Shown here: positions 60,685 through 64,000 of the stretch, piece by piece
Numbering within the stretch: position 1 is the stretch's first letter
Layout of the letters: every line of letters starts with the position of its first letter
From: an uncultured bacterium
GTDB lineage: Bacteria; Patescibacteriota; Minisyncoccia; Phycocordibacterales; UBA9973
Direction: 5' to 3'
NCBI GenBank assembly: GCA_937903035.1
Contig: CALCZP010000004.1
Span: 84,465-148,464 of the forward strand
DNA: 64,000 nt
The notes under the pieces: generated by a model
Told to the model about the DNA's origin: nothing
Seen by the model: only the letters and a program-made list of their open reading frames with translations
The model's database searches: none
Program-made: the position numbers and the translations under genes

Positions 60685-61362
60685 TTATACTGTCTTTCGC
60701 TTTGTTTCGTCACTCACCACACGACCGTTCTCCATGGTGATAATACGACGACCTACTGCCTTGATCAGTGCAGGATCATGTGTAGTCAGGATCACCGTAG
60801 TACCAAGGTCATTGATCTTTTTTAAGATATGTATCACTTCTTTTGTATTTGCTTCATCAAGGTTTCCTGTCGGCTCATCCGCAATGAGGACTTCTGGCTG
60901 GTTAATGATGGCACGAGCAATTGCAAGTCGCTGTTTCTCACCTCCTGAGAGTTGGCTTGGAAAATGAAACATGCGGTTCTGGAGATCTACCAGCTGTAGC
61001 ACGTGTGGCACATCAGATACAATTTCCTCGTCACTTTTGCCTGCCGCCTCCATCGCAAATGCAATATTTTCATAGGCAGTCTTGGTGCCGAGCAAACGAA
61101 ATTCTTGAAAGACGGTACCAATACGACGACGAAGATTCATGAGCTGTGCAGTAGAGAGACTATGAATATCTACGTTTTCAAAAAGGACTGTACCTTCAGT
61201 TGTCTCTTCTTCTTGCATGAGAAGCTTGGTGAGTGTTGTCTTCCCAGCACCAGACGGACCAACAATAGTTACAAATTCACCTGTTTGAATCTCAAGATTA
61301 ACGTTCTCAAGAGCGATAGCACCGTTTGGATAGGCTTTTGAAGCGTTGACGAATTTGATCAT
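60685..61362 (-). CDS. ftsE: cell-division ABC transporter ATPase FtsE
   Basis: GPSGAGKTTL, LSGGEKQR and ILIADEPTGNLD. Confidence 0.9.
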   Translation of the reverse strand: MIKFVNASKAYPNGAIALENVNLEIQTGEFVTIVGPSGAGKTTLTKLLMQEEETTEGTVLFENVDIHSLSTAQLMNLRRRIGTVFQEFRLLGTKTAYENIAFAMEAAGKSDEEIVSDVPHVLQLVDLQNRMFHFPSQLSGGEKQRLAIARAIINQPEVLIADEPTGNLDEANTKEVIHILKKINDLGTTVILTTHDPALIKAVGRRIITMENGRVVSDETKRKTV

Positions 61363-61370
61363 AGGAGCCT

Positions 61371-62255
61371 CTAGTATAGCATGAGCTCTGCATCAAGAAA
61401 TGCATCAATATCCCCATCATTGAGGACTTTGTCCGTATTACTTGTCTCTACCTCAGTGCGATGATCCTTCACCAGTTTATACGGATGCAAGACATAGGAA
61501 CGGATTTGGTTGCCCCATTCGATATCAGTAGACTTTGAGATAGCCATACCGCGCGCAAGTGCCCGTTCTTCTTCTTCGCGACGTTTATAGAGCTTGGCCT
61601 TTATCATCGATAGTGCCTGCTCTCTGTTTTGCTCTTGTGAGCGCTCGGTCGTCACATGTACTGCGATACCGGTTGGTTTATGTGTCATGCGCACCGCTGT
61701 CTCACGCTTGTTTACATTCTGCCCACCAGGACCACCAGCACGAGCAAACGTAACCTCAAGTTCACTATCAGGAATCTCGATATCGGTATCACTTTTTGAG
61801 AACTCAGGCATGACCTCAACCATGACAAATGACGTCTGACGTTTTGCATTCGCATTAAATGGTGAGATGCGCACGAGTCGATGCACCCCACTTTCATACT
61901 TGAGACGACCATAGACACCTTTCCCGCTGATTTGAAACGTCACGTTTCGATACCCTCCCTGGTCGTTTTTTGATTCACTAATAAAGCTACTACTCCACCC
62001 ACGACGCTCCACATATTTTATATACATACGCAAAAGCATGGCGACAAAATCTTCCGCATCATCCCCTCCTGCACCAGCAAAGATCGTAATAAGGGCATTA
62101 CCCTTGTCGAATTTACCAAGACCTTCGAGACTGTCTTTGAGCTCGGAAAGCTCCTTAATCATCGCCTGCGCCTTGGGTACATCAGACCAAAAATCTCCCC
62201 CACTCATGCGTGTTTCGATTTCGCTAATTCGTGCAGCAATTACATCCTTGTCCAT
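61371..62255 (-). CDS. prfB: peptide chain release factor 2 (class I RF with SPF and GGQ), N-terminally short and lacking the frameshift leader
   Basis: [15 protein letters not shown] (SPF) and [10 protein letters not shown] (GGQ), 294 aa. A terminator hairpin lies 30 bp upstream, leaving no room for the about 25-codon leader ORF. Confidence 0.85.
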   Translation of the reverse strand: MDKDVIAARISEIETRMSGGDFWSDVPKAQAMIKELSELKDSLEGLGKFDKGNALITIFAGAGGDDAEDFVAMLLRMYIKYVERRGWSSSFISESKNDQGGYRNVTFQISGKGVYGRLKYESGVHRLVRISPFNANAKRQTSFVMVEVMPEFSKSDTDIEIPDSELEVTFARAGGPGGQNVNKRETAVRMTHKPTGIAVHVTTERSQEQNREQALSMIKAKLYKRREEEERALARGMAISKSTDIEWGNQIRSYVLHPYKLVKDHRTEVETSNTDKVLNDGDIDAFLDAELMLY

Positions 62256-62285
62256 GACACAGACTGTACCAAGAAATAGGCAAAC

Positions 62286-62316
62286 AAAAAAGCCCGAGTC
62301 ATGCTCGAGCTTTTTT
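62286..62316. terminator. hairpin AAAAAGCCCGAG-tcatg-CTCGAGCTTTTTT
   Basis: 7-bp stem with one mismatch plus a T-run, after the 62320-62850 gene. Confidence 0.5.
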
Positions 62317-62319
62317 ATA

Positions 62320-62850
62320 TTAAAACGTTATTGGAATGCGGTGTGTGATCGGCTTGTCGCTTGTGCCTTGCGGCGAAATAAGTATCAAATAGCCAGTTCC
62401 TTTTTTTGGCTTGCCAGTGACCGCTATGGTTGTAGCAAATGTTGCACGACCATCAGAGAGTCCTGTAGTAGGAACAATCATTTCATTTGGAACAGTCGTA
62501 TATGCAGCCATCGGCTTGCCTGTACTATCTACAAGTTGTGCGTAGAGCGCGATTGAACCCTCAGGTCGCCAATCACAGCCAGTCTTTTCTCCTTTGAGAG
62601 AAACACTTGTCGTGATAGTTGTCGATGGTAGAGGACTCACAATCAAAAGGCCACAATTAGAGTCAGTATTAGAGGACACAAGAGTCGTCGACGGAGATGT
62701 TTTTTGAATAACAGGCGCAGTCGTCACAGGAGCTGTTCCAGACATATTACGACCAAAATGGTTTAGAACGCCAAGTACAAGAATAATAACAACGATAATT
62801 TCAATAGCCTCCCATCCGCCGCCACTTGGTGCTTTTGGTGCATCTGCCAT
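62320..62850 (-). CDS. hypothetical membrane-anchored Ser/Thr-rich extracytoplasmic protein
   Basis: 176 aa with an N-terminal TM segment, a Thr/Ser/Pro-rich linker, and a beta-rich C-terminus. Confidence 0.45.
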   Translation of the reverse strand: MADAPKAPSGGGWEAIEIIVVIILVLGVLNHFGRNMSGTAPVTTAPVIQKTSPSTTLVSSNTDSNCGLLIVSPLPSTTITTSVSLKGEKTGCDWRPEGSIALYAQLVDSTGKPMAAYTTVPNEMIVPTTGLSDGRATFATTIAVTGKPKKGTGYLILISPQGTSDKPITHRIPITF

Positions 62851-62853
62851 GGA

Positions 62854-63885
62854 TTACTTCTTGACCGTATAGCGGCCATCTTCAAGCTTGGTAAAGAATT
62901 TTGCGTTCTGAAGATTCACGAGAATAGTGTTCTTTTTAAGAAAGCGCTCTTTGAGTACACGATCGACGACATCTTCTTTAGTGAGCGGTCCTTCCTTTAC
63001 AAGGATTTCTTTGATGACATCTTTTACCACACCAGCCTTGTAGCCCCATTCAGCAAGTGCGTAGTAGCCACGACCAACGAGTACAAACCGTGAGTCTTTA
63101 ATAAGTTCATTGTGAGTAGTTGCAACATGTGTTTTTCGACCAAACGTATCAACGATTGCTTTTGCGACTTCACGGAAGTGCATTGGTGAACCGTGCTTTT
63201 TCATCATGAGATATGCGTAGTCTTTAATACCACGAGTTTTCACATTTTGTGAGTCAGCAGGACCCCATTCACCAAGTGGATTCTTGGCAATCTTTTTTGA
63301 AATCTTGAGCCAACGACGAGCAATTTCTTCGTTTTTATATTGCTCTGACACATCTTTGAGCTCCTTGATAAAGCGAGTTACTAGATCATCCTCTGAGAGC
63401 AGTTCCTTATCATCAAGATTGCGATACACATCGTGAAGTGCAGTATGTACCACTTCAGCAAGACCAGTATCAGTTGTCCATCGAGCTTCAAAGTGATCGT
63501 CTTCTTTGATCTTGTTAAACGCATCACCGAGTACGAGATAGAACCTCACATGATTTTGAATTGACTTGTCTTTTGAGATTGCAGTGAGAAAGTCGTCTTC
63601 ATGAACCATGGCACCCATAGCTTCAACAAGGGTTTTGAGTTCGCTGAATGTCTTGTGTTCAGCTTTAAAAGTCTCACTCTTACGGATAGCCGCAAGCGCC
63701 GCGTTTTCGATCTGGCGAACACGCTCACGAGTGATATTGTATTTCTTTCCAATTGCCTCAAGTGTCTTGGCGTCGGCATTATCAGCCAATCCATAACGGT
63801 TGACAATAATATCGTATGAACGATCTTGAAGACCTGAAAGCAGGTGTTTGGTGACTTGTTTCGGTTTGAAGCTAATAACTGGCAT
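62854..63885 (-). CDS. sigma-70 region-4-like HTH protein with a C-terminal HARE-HTH-like domain
   Basis: ITRERVRQIENAALAAIRK is a sigma-70 r4 / LuxR-type HTH. C-terminal MHFREVAKAI...VGRGYYALAEW resembles HARE-HTH. Confidence 0.5.
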   Translation of the reverse strand: MPVISFKPKQVTKHLLSGLQDRSYDIIVNRYGLADNADAKTLEAIGKKYNITRERVRQIENAALAAIRKSETFKAEHKTFSELKTLVEAMGAMVHEDDFLTAISKDKSIQNHVRFYLVLGDAFNKIKEDDHFEARWTTDTGLAEVVHTALHDVYRNLDDKELLSEDDLVTRFIKELKDVSEQYKNEEIARRWLKISKKIAKNPLGEWGPADSQNVKTRGIKDYAYLMMKKHGSPMHFREVAKAIVDTFGRKTHVATTHNELIKDSRFVLVGRGYYALAEWGYKAGVVKDVIKEILVKEGPLTKEDVVDRVLKERFLKKNTILVNLQNAKFFTKLEDGRYTVKK

Positions 63886-64000
63886 ATATGTGGTTCAATA
63901 TAAATTTAGTATTACTACACTTTATCATGGATATTAAAAAAGTCAAACCCTCGTCAAGTCTTGACCTAGAACAGTCGATGAACATCCACGACCGTAAGGA

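Noticed and set aside
62256-62319. Search for the prfB +1 frameshift site (CTT TGA C) and leader ORF upstream of the RF2 start
   Set aside because: It is not present. The space is occupied by a terminator hairpin. This is reported as a finding instead.
63940-64000. Possible plus-strand ORF start (MDIKKVKPSSSLDLEQSMNIHDRK...) running off the 3' end
   Set aside because: Only about 20 codons are visible. There is no motif to support a call.

Overview
This 64-kb window looks like a small-genome bacterium; a CPR/Patescibacteria-like organism is possible but is only an inference. The evidence for the CPR guess is compact ribosomal and translation genes, two type IV pilin-like genes, few Shine-Dalgarno sites, and fused or short metabolic genes. 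Gene calls are based on motifs I can read in the six-frame ORF translations. No similarity search or composition calculation was run.

The window falls into five regions.

1. 1-13.4 kb, minus strand: a rearranged S10/spc/str ribosomal-protein cluster (rpsJ-rplC-rplD-rplW-rplB ... rpsS-rplV-rpsC-rplP-rpmC-rpsQ-rplN-rplX-rplE, with tuf and fusA upstream). Non-ribosomal genes (dgkA, a secreted protein, a small opposite-strand gene) and strong hairpin terminators interrupt it. It ends after rplE at msrA and a partial P-loop ATPase gene.

2. 13.5-40.3 kb: housekeeping genes, a pilin locus, and a glycolysis/pyrimidine group.
   - secG, a peptide-binding ABC substrate-binding protein, RNase J, an MFS transporter, HtrA, an HhH-GPD glycosylase, and a DedA-family protein.
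   - Two prepilin-type pilins flanking membrane proteins.
   - An ECF sigma factor, a YceI-like protein, a HAD hydrolase, a GIY-YIG nuclease, an HI0933 flavoprotein, an RsuA-type pseudouridine synthase, an ABC-F ATPase, and pyrD.
   - A short pyruvate kinase, a fused 2-hydroxyacid dehydrogenase-phosphoglycerate mutase, and enolase.

3. 40.5-45.5 kb: a copper-resistance cluster (cupredoxin-like protein, an HMA-domain membrane protein, copA, a DUF305 protein, csoR with a palindromic operator). A 420-bp repeat-rich noncoding stretch precedes it.

4. 45.5-59.7 kb: an apparently AT-richer, all-accessory block bounded by tRNA-Gln and a large serine recombinase. It carries:
   - terminase large and small subunits and a ParB-methyltransferase;
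   - a RecB-like nuclease-domain protein and a secreted coiled-coil protein;
   - a tightly coupled operon of a PD-(D/E)xK nuclease, a caspase-like (CHAT) protease, a 984-aa protein and a 181-aa protein, which I rate as the best candidate for a new defence system;
   - DpnII-like Dam and DpnA methyltransferases.

5. 59.7-64 kb: ftsX, ftsE, an RF2 gene that lacks the usual frameshift leader, a secreted protein, and a sigma-70 region 4 / HARE-HTH protein.

No CRISPR array and no rRNA were seen.
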